Shown here: one piece after another, positions 13,307 to 27,183 of the stretch | How positions within the stretch are numbered: position 1 is the stretch's first letter | Layout of the letters: each line of letters starts with the position of its first letter | Source of the DNA: the human T2T-CHM13v2.0 reference genome, Homo sapiens | Length of the DNA: 64,000 bases | Assembly: GCF_009914755.1 (NCBI RefSeq) | Contig: NC_060935.1 | Reading direction: 5' to 3' (one strand) | Notes under the pieces: generated by a model | The model's database searches: none | What the model was told of the DNA's origin: nothing | The model's input: only the letters and a program-made list of their open reading frames with translations | Made by a program: the position numbers and the translations under genes

Positions 13307-15189
13307 CCAGGACCCATCCAGGATCTTGTATTAAGTTTAGTCATCATGTCTCCTTAGGCTCCTCTTGGCTTTGACAGTTTCCCAGATGTCCCTTGTTTTT
13401 GACAGCCTTGACAGTTTGGAGGAGCCCTGGTCAGGTATTTTGCACATACCCCTCTACTGGAACTTGTCTGATGTTTTTCTCATGATTGGATTTTGGTTAT
13501 GGGTTTTTGGAAGGAAGATCACAGAAGTAGAGTGCCATTTTCATCACATCAGACCAGGGGTACATATAATAAATGTGATTATCACTGTTGATACGGACCT
13601 TGATCAGTGGCCAAAAGTCATGCTTGTCAGGTTTCTCCACTGTAAAGTTACTCCTAGCCTTGGCCATTGGGAGTGTTTTCAGCTGGCTCTTGGATTTCTT
13701 TGACATACTACCCATAATGTAGCAGTAGTGGGTTGGTTGTTTTTTTGTTTTTGTTTTTGTTTTGCAATTCCTTACTTTCTGGCACTACAAGATGCTCCAG
13801 GTTCATCTTGTACATTGCCAGCCGTGGTCCTAGACTAAGCCATTTCTCCAAGGATCCCCAATTCCTTTTTCAGAGCATGGTATTAGAAGGCAAGATTTGG
13901 GCACTATTTACTACTTGTGTCCCTTGCTTATTTCTAGTCCCTGTCAGTTGACAGAGCAAGGAAATATACATGTGTATATTAAGACTGGAGTATAACCACA
14001 TATCTATAAATTTTTCTGTATTTAACCATCAGAACCTATATTAAGCTGAACATAAGTTCATACTAATGTCTCCAATGTGAATTCATTACCACATGGATCA
14101 TTTTAGCCCCATCACCTTGCTAAACTGTGAATTCCCACTCCAACAATAAAAAGCTTGGCTTTGACCATCTCCCATTTATGTACTTAATTGCTTAATTTCA
14201 GTATACACATATAGCAGTTTCAAAATGGTTAACCTGTACCACTGTGGGAAACAACTTTATAAATTAGAGTACAGTGGTTATGTGCAGTTCCTTTTGCCTT
14301 TAGTCTAATAAACTCCACTCATTTCCGAAGTTACTCAAGTCAAAACTTTTTCCCTCTACCCTCTTCACTGAGATTGTTACATACATCTGTAATACAATTA
14401 GATTCTCTTGTCATAGTCTGCATTCCTTCCTGGAATCCCCCAACCTATTAAATAATTTTTTAAAAATCTGGACACATTAAGGTTCCTTCTTTATGCTGTA
14501 AAGTTCTATGGGTTTTGACAAATGCCTGTCATGCATCTACCATGACAGTATCATACAAAATAGTTTCACTGCACTAAAAATTCCATGGGCTTTACTTGTT
14601 CATCTCTCTTTCCTTCCCCAAACCTCTGGCGACCACTGACCTTCTTTACTGACTCTACATTTTCATCTTTTCTAGAATGTCATACAATTGGAAGCATAAA
14701 GTATGTAGCTTTTTCAGACTGGCTTCTTTTACTTAGAAATACGCACCTAGAGTTCATTCATGTATATTTATCATTGAATAACATTCCACTGTACATTTAT
14801 ACCATAGTTTGTTTCTCCACTTATTGAAGAAAGCTTGGTTGCTTCCAGCTTTTGATGATTATAAGTAAAGTTGCTGTAAATATTCCTGTGCAGGTTTTTG
14901 TGAGAACATAAGTTTTTTAATCAGTTGGATAATATGTTGGAGTGCAACTGCTGGATCATATGGTAAAACTGTGCTTAGCTTTGTAAGAAGCTGCCAAACT
15001 TTTCTAAAGTGGCTGTACCATTTTGCATCCCTGCTAGAAGTGAATGAGAATTTCTGTTGCTCTACATCCTCTCCAGCAACTGGTATTGTCAGTTTTTTGG
15101 ATTTTAGTTGTTCTAGTAGATGTACAGTGATATGTCATTATTGCTTTAATTAGCAATCCTCTATTGACATATAATGTTGAGTATCTTTT

Positions 15190-16722
15190 CTTTTTTTCCC
15201 TTAAATTTCAGCCTTTATTTTAGATACAGGGGTACATGCGCAGGTTTGTTACACAGGAATATTGTATGATGCTGAGGTTTAGGGCAGAGATCCCATTACC
15301 CAGGTAGTGTGCATAGTACCTGATATGTATGTTTTCAACCTCCAGTATCCTCCTTCCTCCCCCATCTAGTAGTCTGCAGTGTCTATTGTTCCCATGTTTA
15401 AGTCCATGTGTGCTCAATATTTAGCTCCCACTTATAAGCGATAACATGTGGTATTTGGATTTCTGTTCCTGCATTAATTCACTAAGGATTATCCTCCAAT
15501 TGCATTCGTGTTGCTGCAAAAAACATGACTTCATTCTTTTTTAAGGCTGCATAGTATTCCATGGTATATATGTACCACATTTTCTTTATCCACTCTATCA
15601 TTGATGGGCACCTGAGTTGATCCCATGTTTTTGCTATTGTGAATAGCACAGTGATGAACATACAAGTGCATGTGTCTTTTTGGTAGAATGATTTATTTTC
15701 CTTTGGGCATATACTCAGTAATGGGATTGCTGGGTCCAGTGGTAGCTCTGTTTTAACTTTGAGAACTCTCTGGGCTGCTTTCCGTAGTGGCTGGACTAAT
15801 TTACATTACATTTACATTTACAGTGTATAAGCTTTCTCTTTTCTCATCAGCCTCTCCAGTATCTGTTGTTTATTGACTTTTTGATAATAGCCATTCTGAC
15901 TGGTGTGAGATGGTATCTCATTGTGATTTTAATTTGCATTTCTCTGATAATCAGTGATGTTGAGCATTTTTTCATGTTTGTTGGACACTTATATGTCTTC
16001 TTGTTTCTTTTTGTTGCTATTACTTTTGGGGACTTAGTCAAACATTCTTCGCCAAAGTTGATGTTGAAAAGAGTATTTCTTATGTTGTCTTTGAGGATTT
16101 TTTTATAGTTTGATGTCTTATATTTAAATCTTAGATGCACTGAGTTAATTTTTATATATGGTAAAACGAAGAGGTCCAGTTTTAATCTTTTGCATATGGC
16201 TAGCCAGTTATCCCAGCACCATTTATTGAATAGAGATCCCTTTCCCCATTACTTGTCTTTGTCAACCTTGTTGATGATCAGATGGTTATAGGTGTGTGGC
16301 TTTATTTCTGAGTTTTCTCTTCTGTTCCATTGGTCTACAAGTCTGTTTTTGTATCAGTACCATGCTGTTTTGGTTACTGTAGCTTTAAGTATAGTTTGAA
16401 GTCAGGTAGTATGATGCTTCCAACTTTGTTGTTTTAGCTTAGGATTGCTTGGCTAGTTGGGCTCTTTTTTGCTTCCACATGGATTTTAGAATAGCTTTTC
16501 TAGTTCTGTGAAGAATGACCTTGGTAGCTTAATAGGAATAGCATTGAATTTGTACATTGCTTTGGGCAGTATGGCCATTTTTACAACATTGATTCTTCCA
16601 ATCCATTAGCATGGAATGTTTTTCCATTTACTGGTATTGTCTCTGATTTCTTTCAGCAGGGTTTTGTAGTTCTCCTTGTAGAGATCTTGCTTTTCCTTGG
16701 TTAGCTGTATTCCTAGGTATTT
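15190..16722 (-). mobile_element. 5'-truncated L1PA15/16-like element with a ~230-bp internal deletion near 16000
   Basis: Reverse 3'UTR ttttattttagatacaggggtacatg...gatcccattacccaggtag; ORF2 C-terminal peptide in ORF 15847..16140. Confidence 0.8.
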
Positions 16723-16829
16723 CATATGTTTATTTTCTATCTGTATATCTTCTTTGGTAAAGTATCAGTTCAAATATTTTTCCCATTTAAGGTTTGTTTC
16801 TTTCATTATTGTTAAATTTTAAGTGTTCT

Positions 16830-18220
16830 CTGATCTACAGTTGTAATGCAATCACTATCAAAATTTTAATGGCCTTTCTTTTGCAGAAATAGAAAAGCCA
16901 GTTTTCAAATTCACATGGACTAGCAAGGGACCCCGAACAGCCAAAATCTTTTTTTTTAAAAAGGGACTTTGAAACTTACTACAAAGCTACAGGAAAAAAA
17001 AAAAAAAAACCAGTGTGGGACTGGCATAAGAATAGACATATAGGTAAATGGAATAGAATAAAGAGTTCGTAAATAAACTCATACATCTATGGCAAATTGA
17101 TTTTTGACAAGGATTCCAAGTCGATCCAATGGGGGAAAGAATAGTCTCTTCAAGAAATGGTGTGGGGACAACTAAATTTCTACATGCAAAGAATAAAATT
17201 GGACCCCTAACTCACATTATACACAAACATTAACTCAAAATGGATGAACAACCTAAATATAAGATCCAAAACCATAAAACAGAAGAAAACGGGTAAATCT
17301 TTCTGATCTTGGATTTAGCAATAGATTCTTAGCTATGACACCAAAAGGGCTAGCAACAAAAGAAAAATTAGGTAAACTGGACTTCATCAAAATAAAAAAA
17401 GTCTGTGCATCAAAGGATACTATCAAGGATGTGAAAAGACAATCTGTAGAATGGAATAAAATACTTGAAAATCACATATCTGATAATGGTTTAATATCCA
17501 GAATATACAAAGGACTCCTACAGCACAACAAAAAGAAATATGACCCAATTTAAAAAGAGCCAAAGGACTTGAATGGACATTTCTCTAAAGAAGATAAACC
17601 AATGGCCAATAGCACATGGAAAGACACTGAACATTATTAGTCAGTAGAGAAATGCAAATCAAAGCCACAATATGATACACTGTACCACTTTACATCCACT
17701 AGAATGGCTGAAATTAAAACACACACGTACACATACACACACACACACCCCCCCTAGGAAACAAGTGTTGATGAACATGTGGAGAAATGAAAACTCTGAC
17801 TGGTACATTGCTGGTGAGAATGTAAAATATTACAGCCTGTATGGAAAGCGTAGTGGTCCTCAAAAAGCTGAACATAGAATTACCATATGACCCAGCAAGT
17901 CTGCTCCTAGGTATATACCCAAAGGAATTGAAAGCAGGGACTTGAACGAATGATTATATGTCAGTGTTCATTGCAGCATTATTTACCATAGCCAAAATGT
18001 GGAAATAACCCAGGTGTTCATCAACATATGAATGGATGAACAAAATGTATATACATGCAATGAAAATTTATTCAGCTATAAAAAGGAATGAAGTTCTGCT
18101 CTGTGCTACTTCATGGATGAACCTTGAAAACACTATGCTAAGTAAAATAAGCCAGACACAAAAGGACAACTCTAAATGGGTGAATTGTATGGTATGTAAA
18201 TTATATTAAAAACTTTTTTA
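16830..18220 (+). mobile_element. 5'-truncated L1MB-like element with an internal (CA)n tract
   Basis: ORF2 remnant MTPKGLATKEKLGKLDFIKIK; L1MB terminus aaatgggtgaattgtatggtatgtaaattata. Confidence 0.75.
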
Positions 18221-19335
18221 AATATTTCTTTGCATGTTTTAAATATAAGCCTTTTACTGGACATGTATTATGTAAATATTTTTCCTAGTCTGTGGCTTGT
18301 CTTTTCATTCTCTTGGCAGTGTCTTTCACAGACCAGCATTTTCTAGTTTGAATGCTGGGGAGAGAGATGGGGAATAAGATGTCATGGAATCTCTGACCTG
18401 GTCACAATCAAGCCCTGTAGAGACAATGTTTGCTGGAAGAAGTTGCAGGAACTGTTCTCATAAGAGACACTGTGAGAATGGGACACGTGCAGCCCCACCT
18501 TTATCCCAAGATGAGAAGGTGCAACACATGGTGAAAAACAGAGACTTTTTCTGTGTAGAACTCAGGGTGGCCCTGCTGGAGTGAGGGCTGCCCTGGCACT
18601 GGAGCTCCTGAACACACTCAGCTTTCTCATGGGAGGCCCTAGCAACACTGACAATAGTGATCCCCTGAGTGGCTCCGTGGACAGCAGACATCAAGAAGGA
18701 AGGGGCCAGAATCCCCATGGGGACTGTGCTGGCCTGCTAATGTAACCCCTGTTGAATTTAAGGCTGATCATAGCTGGGGCAACTCTGGTTAAGCCTTTTA
18801 TCTATACTGAGTCCCAAATAATGCAAGTTTCCTCCAAAAAGTGAAGAAAACTGTGCAGGTGATAAACGAGACCTCGATTATGCTGTTGACAGGCAGCTTC
18901 CCCCAGATTTCCTTGGGGAAAGGAAACTCACAAAGGTAGGGAGCATCAGAGCTCCCTTCATTCCTCTGCCACCTCAAAATGATTTCATCCAAAATTATTA
19001 CAACCCCTTTGATAGGGAATTACTAACCATAGGGAGATCCAAACCCATATATTGATTATCCTCACCTTAGAGGTATTGCTATCATCAGTTCTAAAGAAGA
19101 GACTTTAATGAATATCTAATCTTATTCTATACTTTCCTTACAGCCACACATTGTGAGGAAGATTTTACAACCTTCCCTTTACAGATGAGAAGGCTAAGCA
19201 AGAGAGGTTACATAATGCTCCTGAAGTTCCACGGCTGTTACTTCACACTCTATTGCTTCTTAAACCAGGATGCATTTTATAATAAATAAGTATATTTGGT
19301 GTGATAATTTTTTTCCTGATGATTTTCTTTGACTA

Positions 19336-19922
<587 letters not shown>

Positions 19923-22164
19923 TTACAAAGTAATAAGGACAACTTATCATAAAAGAGTGCCAGAGACTGGGCACTTTCACCAAAAGCCTTTAGGCAGGCG
20001 ACTGTTCACTGCCTCGGTAAAGACTATGATCATCTTTCCTTGGCTCAGAGCACCTTAGGGAGGCCCAGGTATCTAATTATGACATCATCTTTGTTAATGA
20101 TCACTGTGGCTTTTCACAACAGTCCACTTCTCTCTACAAGGAGAAATGTTTTTCTTGGCTGACTGCCGCCACCTTCTTTTGTATTTGAGGAAAAGGGATG
20201 ACTGTTTAGCAGCTGGTAATTTCAGGGATTACAAGATAATACTTCTTGAAGCTACTTTTCATCCTGAAGCTAATATTAAGGCAACCTCAGATTTACAAGT
20301 CTGCAAAGCAGAAATGAAGGCACTGTAGTTGCACCACGGCCTCCAACATAGGACAGGCACAAGACAGTTCACTAGGGCTTAAGGGGGAAGTGTGAGAACT
20401 TATATTTCTCTACAAAAGAAATAAACTTTGCTAATCGGCACTCAGATGCTTGTTCTGTGTATGTAAAAAAGTCATGGGGTATATGAGGGGTCTGAAGGTA
20501 AGAGTAGGGACTGTACAACATGTACAAGTCAGAGGAGTTGATGCTGGGGCCCTTATTCATTCTTACCACATTGAGAAGTTAGTTTCCGTGTGTCTAGTAA
20601 ATAGAGTTACAGATTATATTATCTGGTTTTAACAAAACTCTCAATATAAGACAGGCGGCTTTTGAAAAATGGCTGATTCTCACAGTCATATTTTAACCTA
20701 ATACCCTTGTGGAATTCAGCGAGGACATGCTGGTAGGGACCTGACTATTGTTACTAGTTTTGAATGTCTCATCTGTTACAGGGCCACTGCTCTGACCTCT
20801 CCAAGTCAGGTGTAGTCCCCACCTGCTCTGGATTCTCCCAGGGAACCTTTGGATCTCCTCAAGATCTAACAACCAATGGGTTAATGTCTGGAATAGTAGG
20901 AGGCCTCAAGACCCTTCCCTAGCACTAAAGACCTGTGACCATTTCGACTGGTCAGTGCTTATGCCGAACCATTTTAAATCTTTTACCTATCACTCCTGAC
21001 TTTACCTATTTCATCAGCTTTCCTGAATGATCATCTCTGGTTCAGCTACTGAACTCTATTTACCCATGGGCTCAGCCATGCCCAAGTTACCAGGATGAAA
21101 TTTACTGGCATCAGAGGGAGGATATTTCAATAGCTCCCACCATCAAATGGCAGGGCGCAAAGGCAGCAAGCCCCTTAGATGGTGCTTCTGTCCCAGCCTT
21201 CTGCTCTTCAGAGGCCTGGGCTTCCCAGTGCCCATTCCTTATGTCTGAGTTTGTCCAGGGGTCAGTCTCCCAGTACTGCTTTGTGATCTGCCTAGTGCCT
21301 CTAGACCCAGAGCCCTACTGTGTACTTGACAATCTCTTCTCCTTCATTCAACAAACACCCATGAGTTCCTACTTTGGGCCAGGACTGTCATGTTAGGCAC
21401 TGGGGATTGTTGAACAGAACAGGTCCTGGTCACTGTCCTCAAGTGTCTACTAGAGGAGACATGTGGGTTAACATACAATACCAATCCTGGGCCTCTGCCT
21501 TGGGCAAGCTGCTTCTCCCACTTATTAAATGAAGTGCTGCCCATTTCATGTGTTGTGGGATTGGATGAAATAATGCAGGTAACATGCTTAGCACAGATAT
21601 TGGCACATAGGAAGGGTTCAGTGAACACCAGCTGTTCTCCTTATTACTATTAGTATTGTGTTCACGGGGCAGGGTGACATAAGAGAGCTCATGAGCAGAT
21701 GCTGGAGAGGAGCCTTGAAGGACGGTCCAGAGCTAGTCTGGCAGAAGGGGCTGCAAGACAGTGGCTGAAGTGACATTACCACATCACAACGTAACTGCTT
21801 GTCCATGGGCTCAGGCACCACGCCGGCCTTTGCAGCCCTGTGTGTTCTTCCCACACATGCATTCTGGCTGTTGCGCTTTGACTCACACCAGCACCCCTGT
21901 TCCCCGTTCTCTGACCCCTTCCTCCTCCCCTGCTTCCAATCCACAGTCGACTACCTGCAACCTCCAGGAGGCCTCCCTGCCTCCACCATTCCACACAGCT
22001 CTCCCCCTTCTCTCAGAGTCAGTGTCACACAGTTTCGCACATGCGATGTGTCTCCTATTTGATTTCTTGAGTTGTAACTACTAGATAATAAACTCAGGGT
22101 GGTGGGGAGGTAGAGAGTTTGAAGAAGCTAATGCAAGGTTATTGCACATAATATCATCATCCAT

Positions 22165-22400
22165 AATAACAATGATGACCTTTTATTGGATACCCACTAG
22201 GTTGGGTCAGGCACTGAGACAGATACTTTACACTCATCGTGTCCTCTCATTCTCTGACTCCGGCAGGAAGGTATGATGATTATTATCCCCACTTTGTGGA
22301 CTAGGAAACTGAGGTTAGAGTGGTAAGTAACTTGCCCAAGGTCACACAGCAAGCTGGTGGGAAAACCAGGAGTAGAACCCAGGCCTAAATATTTCCAAAT
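22165..22400 (-). mobile_element. MIR SINE
   Basis: attatccccactttgtggactaggaaactgaggttagagtggtaagtaacttgcccaaggtcacacagc. Confidence 0.75.
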
Positions 22401-23979
22401 TTCTGAGTCTTTCCTCTGAGCTAATCAACAGCTTCAAGACTTGAAAGATTTTAAAAGTTGTTGACTGAGTTGAGTTTTTTTGATTAGGGATGTGATTATT
22501 TTTACCTACAGAGCCAGGTATCTTAGACTTCAGCTACTGTTGAGCATTCCTCTGTATTTGCCTCAGATCAGTCAGCCCACCTGCAAACAGGTGTGCCTGC
22601 ACTTCTGAGTTCATGCACCTGGCCCACGGCACACACACAGCCATGTTTCCTTTTACCAGCATCATTACTGGAAGGAAGGATTAGCAGACACCGTGTAACA
22701 GTAAAGGTATTTTGTTCCATACATCATTACGTCATGCTCTGAGCTGACTGCTTATGCTATAACCGGCTTCCTCCATCAATCAACCGTGGCAGCATAGAGG
22801 GTAGCATAGCTGGGATAGAGCTGTGGGCAATTAGCTCTGAGATTGTACAGTTTAAGCTGAAGAGCTGTTAGGGGACCAGGAGGCATTTCCTCCTCCTTGT
22901 GCATATTCCTTCTTGACTCTATTTGTTTGGGATTTTTATGAGTTAGGGTGATGGGGATTCTGGTTGGAGACAGGAAATGTGATTACTGAGGCTGCTGTTC
23001 CCTGCACTGAACCCCAGCTTTATGAGAGCCCCTGAGCACACTCCTGAGATGGATATATGGGGATCTCAGAAACACAGCATTGGGAAGTCTCCGCAGACAC
23101 AGACCTGAGAATGGCCTTCCTCCCAGACATATTTCTGTGATCAGGTGCAACATTACAGATCCAGAAACACATCATAAATTCCTAAGAGGGGAGTGGAGGA
23201 TATGCTGCTCATTACCGCCCAGAACCAACTCTAAACCAGCCTAAATCTCAAAGATTGGGCTCTGGTGCCATGGGCTGCACTGCCTGCAACCTTCCATGTA
23301 TGACGTACACAGAAGTTCTTGTTCTGGTTGGGAGATAGGATTCAATTTTCCTTCCATGGGATTCAGCCAGTACATGGAGGTGCTGTGCTCACACAGCCAG
23401 CATGGGGGAGTGGGAAGGGAACTGGACAACAAAAGTTCTGCATTCAGTTCCTCCCCTGGCTGTGTGATCCTGGAGAAATTACTTGACTTCTCTGACTCTG
23501 CTGCCTTTACTGGGTCATTGTGTCAAAGGAGAATGTTAAAATTTCTGTGAATTCAAAGATGAGGTTTTAAAAAGTTTTTAAAAGGCTGTGCCTATTACAG
23601 TTTTAAATCTTTTTAGGTTAAGGGTTATAAGCAATTTGGCAATTGCACTTCATAGTCCCTTCTTGACTCTTTTCCCTGCAAGATGATAAGTTTTTTGAGG
23701 TCAGGGACTCTGTCTCAATGAACTGCATATTCCTTCTGCCTCGCACAGTAATTGATACAGGATAAGTATTCAATAAATAAATGGATGGATGGATTCATTC
23801 ATTTCTTCAACAAAAAAGTATTAAGTGTCTTCTGTGCTTGGTCCTATTTTAAATCTTGGGGAACCAGCAATGGAAAGATATAGAAGGTTCCAGTTCTCTG
23901 TAGGCTCTAGGTGAGCCATTCCTATAACTAGTTTGTGGCAGCCTGCCCTCACTAGAACGGCAACATTAGTCTGCTCAGT

Positions 23980-24160
23980 GCTGCAATGAGGAAAATGTTC
24001 TGTATCTGCGCTGTCCAATGTGGTAGCCACTTACCACCACACTGTGGCTATTGAGCACTTGAAATGTGGCCAGTACAACTGAGAAATTGAATTTTGTATT
24101 TTCCTTTAATTTTAATTAATTTAAATATAAAGAGTCACATACTGTATTGGACAGTGCAGA
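23980..24160. mobile_element. MER3-like hAT-Charlie element
   Basis: ctgcgctgtccaatgtggtagccact...gtggctattgagcacttgaaatgtggc...tattggacagtgcag. Confidence 0.75.
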
Positions 24161-24809
24161 TCTTTCCCACACGGCGGATCACTCCCAGCCTGGCCTAATG
24201 GAAAGCATGGGAACTGCAGACTCAGAACCCTGACTTTGGGTCCGGCTCTGGCCACCTGGTGGAGAAACCCTGATCTGCCTTGATGCAGAGTGATGGTTTG
24301 TTTTGTGGAGTAAGCTGGGGAGGGCAGGGTAAATAGGAGTTAGAGATTAACGTAATGCAAGGGAAGGGCCCTAAGGGCCTGTGGCCACACCTGGGAGGCA
24401 GCAGGCAGGAGAGGCATTCAGAGGAGCTTGGGATCCTCTTTCTGGCCAGCCCAGCTCCTCCAAGGAAGGGAAGTTTAACGATGTGAGGCTAAGGGGAAAC
24501 TTCAGAAGAGGCAGCACAACTTTCACAGTGAGTGATTTAAAAAGTCAAGGATGAGGAGACAAAACAAAATGACTGAATGTAAAATAGAAAAATAAAATCC
24601 AAGGAGCAGGAATTCCTATAACAGGTGGAACAAAGAATGAATCTTTCTTCCCAGAAGCCCTTGTGGGTATATACTGGAAACAACTAGCACGTCTCACAGC
24701 TGGGTTTTGCTGGGCTTTGTTGCATCCAGTAAAGCTATGAAATAGTCTGCAACCTGGTGTATGAAGGCTCTTACTTGCGGGCAGCCCTGGACAAAATAAC
24801 TAAAGGGAA

Positions 24810-27183
24810 TTTTTTTTTTTTAAACCTCTGGGATACATGTGCAGAGTGTGCAGGTTAGTTACATAGGTATACATGTGCCATGGTGGTTTCCTGCACCTAT
24901 CAACCCATCATCTAGGCTTCAAGCCCTGGATGCATTAGGTATTTCTCCTAATGCTCTCCCTCCCTTTGCTTTCCACTGCCCAACAGGCCCCGATGTATGT
25001 TGTTCCCCTCCTTGTGTCCATGTGTCCATTGTTCAACTCCCACTTATGAGTGAGAACATGCGGCGTTTGGCTTGCTGTTCCTGTGTTAGTTTGCTGAGGA
25101 TGATGGCTTCCAGCTTCATTCATGTCTCTGCAAAGGATGTGATCTCGTTTTTTATAGCTGCATAGTATTCCATCATATATATCTACCACAGTTTCTTTAT
25201 CCAGTCTATCACTGATGAGCATTTGGGTTGGTTCCATGCCTTTGCTATTGTAAATGGTGCTGCAATAAACATATATGTGCATGTGTCTTTATAGTAGAAT
25301 GATTTATATTACTTTGGGTATATACCCAGTAATGGGATTGCTGGGTCAAATGGTATTTCTGCTTCTAGATTCTTGAGGAATTGCCACACTGTCTTCCACA
25401 ATGGTTGAACTAATTTGCAATCCCACCAACAGTGTAAAAGTGTTCCTGTTTCTCCACAGCCTCATCAGCATCTATTGTTTCCTGACATTTTAATAATTGC
25501 CATTCTGACTGGCATGAGATGATATCTCATTGTGGTTTTGATTTGCATTTCTCTAACGATCAGTGATGTTTAGCTTTTTCTCATATGTTTGTTGGCCGCA
25601 TAAATGTCTTTTTTTGAGAAGTGTCTGTTCATATACTTTGCCCACTTTTTGATGGGGTTGGTAGTTTTTCTCTTGTAATTTTGTTTAAGTTCCTTGTAGA
25701 TTCTGGATATTAAACCTTTGTCAGATGAGTAAATTGCAAAAATTTCCTCCCATTCTGTAGGTTGCCTATTCACTCTGATGATAGTTTCCTTTGCTGTTGA
25801 GAAGCTCTTTAGTTTAATTAGATCCCATTTGTCAATTTTGACTTTGGTTGCAATTGCTTTTCGTGTTTTAGTCATAAAGTCTTTGCCCATGCCTATGTCC
25901 TGAATGGTATTGCCTAGGTTTTCTTCTAGGGTTTTTATAGTTTTGGGTTTTACATTTTAGTCTTTTTTTTTTTTTTGGTATATATGAATGCTTGTGATTT
26001 TTGCACATTGATTTTGTATCCTGAGACTTTGCTGAAGTTGCTTATCAGCTTAAGGAGTTGTTGGTCTGACAGACGGGAGTTTTCTAAATATAGAGTCACG
26101 TCATCTGCAAACAGAGACAATTTGACTTCCTCTCTTCCTATCTGAATACACTTTATTTCTTTCTCTTGTCTGATTGCCCTGGCCAGAACTTCCAATACTA
26201 TGTTAAATAGGAGTGGAGAGAGACAGCATCCTTGTCTTGTGTCGGTTTTCAAAGGGAATGCTTCCAGCTTTTGCCCATTCAGTATGATATTGGCTATGGG
26301 TTTGTCATAAATACCTCTTATTATATTGAGATATGTTCCATCAATACCTAGTTTATTGAGAGCTTTTAACATAAAAGGATGTTGAATTTTATTGAAGGCC
26401 TTTTCTGCATCTATTGAGATAATCATGTGGTTATTGTCATTGGTTCTGTTTATGTGATATATTGCGTTTATTGATTTATATATGTTGAACCAGCCTTGCA
26501 TCCCAGGGATGAAGCTGACTTGATTGTGGTGGATAAGCTTTTTGATGTGCTGCTGGATTCAGTTTGCCAGTATTTTATTGAGGATTTATTGAGGTCATTT
26601 ATATTCCTCTCTAAACTGGTTATTCTAGTTAGCAGGTCCTGGAACATTTTATCAAGGTTTTTAACTTCCTTCCTTTGGGTTAGAACACGTACCTTTAGCT
26701 CAAAGGAGTTTGTTATTACCCACCTTCTGAAGCCTACTTCTGTCAATTCGTCAGTCTCATTCTTCATCCAGTTTTGTGCCCTTGCTGGAGATGTGTTGAG
26801 ATCATTTGGAGGAGAAGAGGCATTTTGGCATTTGGAATTTTCAGCTTTTTGCACAGGTTTTTCCTCATCTTCCCGGATTTATCTACCTTTGATCTTTGAG
26901 GCTGATGACCTTTGGATGGGGTATTTGTTGCCGGAGTGGGGGGGGGGGGTCTTTTTTGTTGATGTTGTTGTTGTTGTTGTATTTGCTTTCTGTTTGTTTA
27001 TTTTTCTTCTAACACTGAGGCCCCTCTTCTGCAGGTCTACTGCAGTTTGCTGGAGATCCACTCCAAGCCCTGTTCACCTGGGTATCACCAGTGGAGGTTG
27101 CAGATCAGCAAAGATTGCTGCCTGCTCCTTCCTCTGGAAGCTTTGTCCCAGAGGGGCACTGGCCTGATGCCAGTCAGAACTCT
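24810..27183 (-). mobile_element. L1PA8-like element with two large internal deletions (3'UTR, ORF2 pieces, ORF1 N-terminus, part of 5'UTR)
   Basis: PolyT at 24810; ORF2 peptides in ORFs 25570..25890 and 25950..26501 (FADD motif); ORF1-like ORF 26468..26854; 5'UTR sequence to ~27183. Confidence 0.88.

Larger units (their letters stand above)
12567..18333 (-). mobile_element. Old L1M (L1MC/L1MD-type) 3' portion, interrupted by three younger insertions
   Basis: Reverse L1M 3'UTR (tttacagaaaaactgagaagacagtagagttcccatatacccc) and ORF2 remnants that continue across the inserts; putative TSD cagcatttt(t)ct at 12555-12566 and 18334-18344. Confidence 0.75.

Noticed and set aside
13159-13703. ORFs rich in YI/TH/CV repeats and the adjacent 112-aa ORF
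   Set aside because: Products of the (TG)/(TA) microsatellite and old L1 sequence.
26496-27167. 223-aa plus-strand ORF
   Set aside because: It is the antisense frame of deleted L1 5'UTR/ORF1/ORF2 sequence, with no recognisable domain or promoter.
24810-27183. Spliced retrotransposed L1 (SpIRE)
   Set aside because: The deleted segments do not appear to be bounded by GT...AG; the junctions show microhomology, duplication or an A-run instead.
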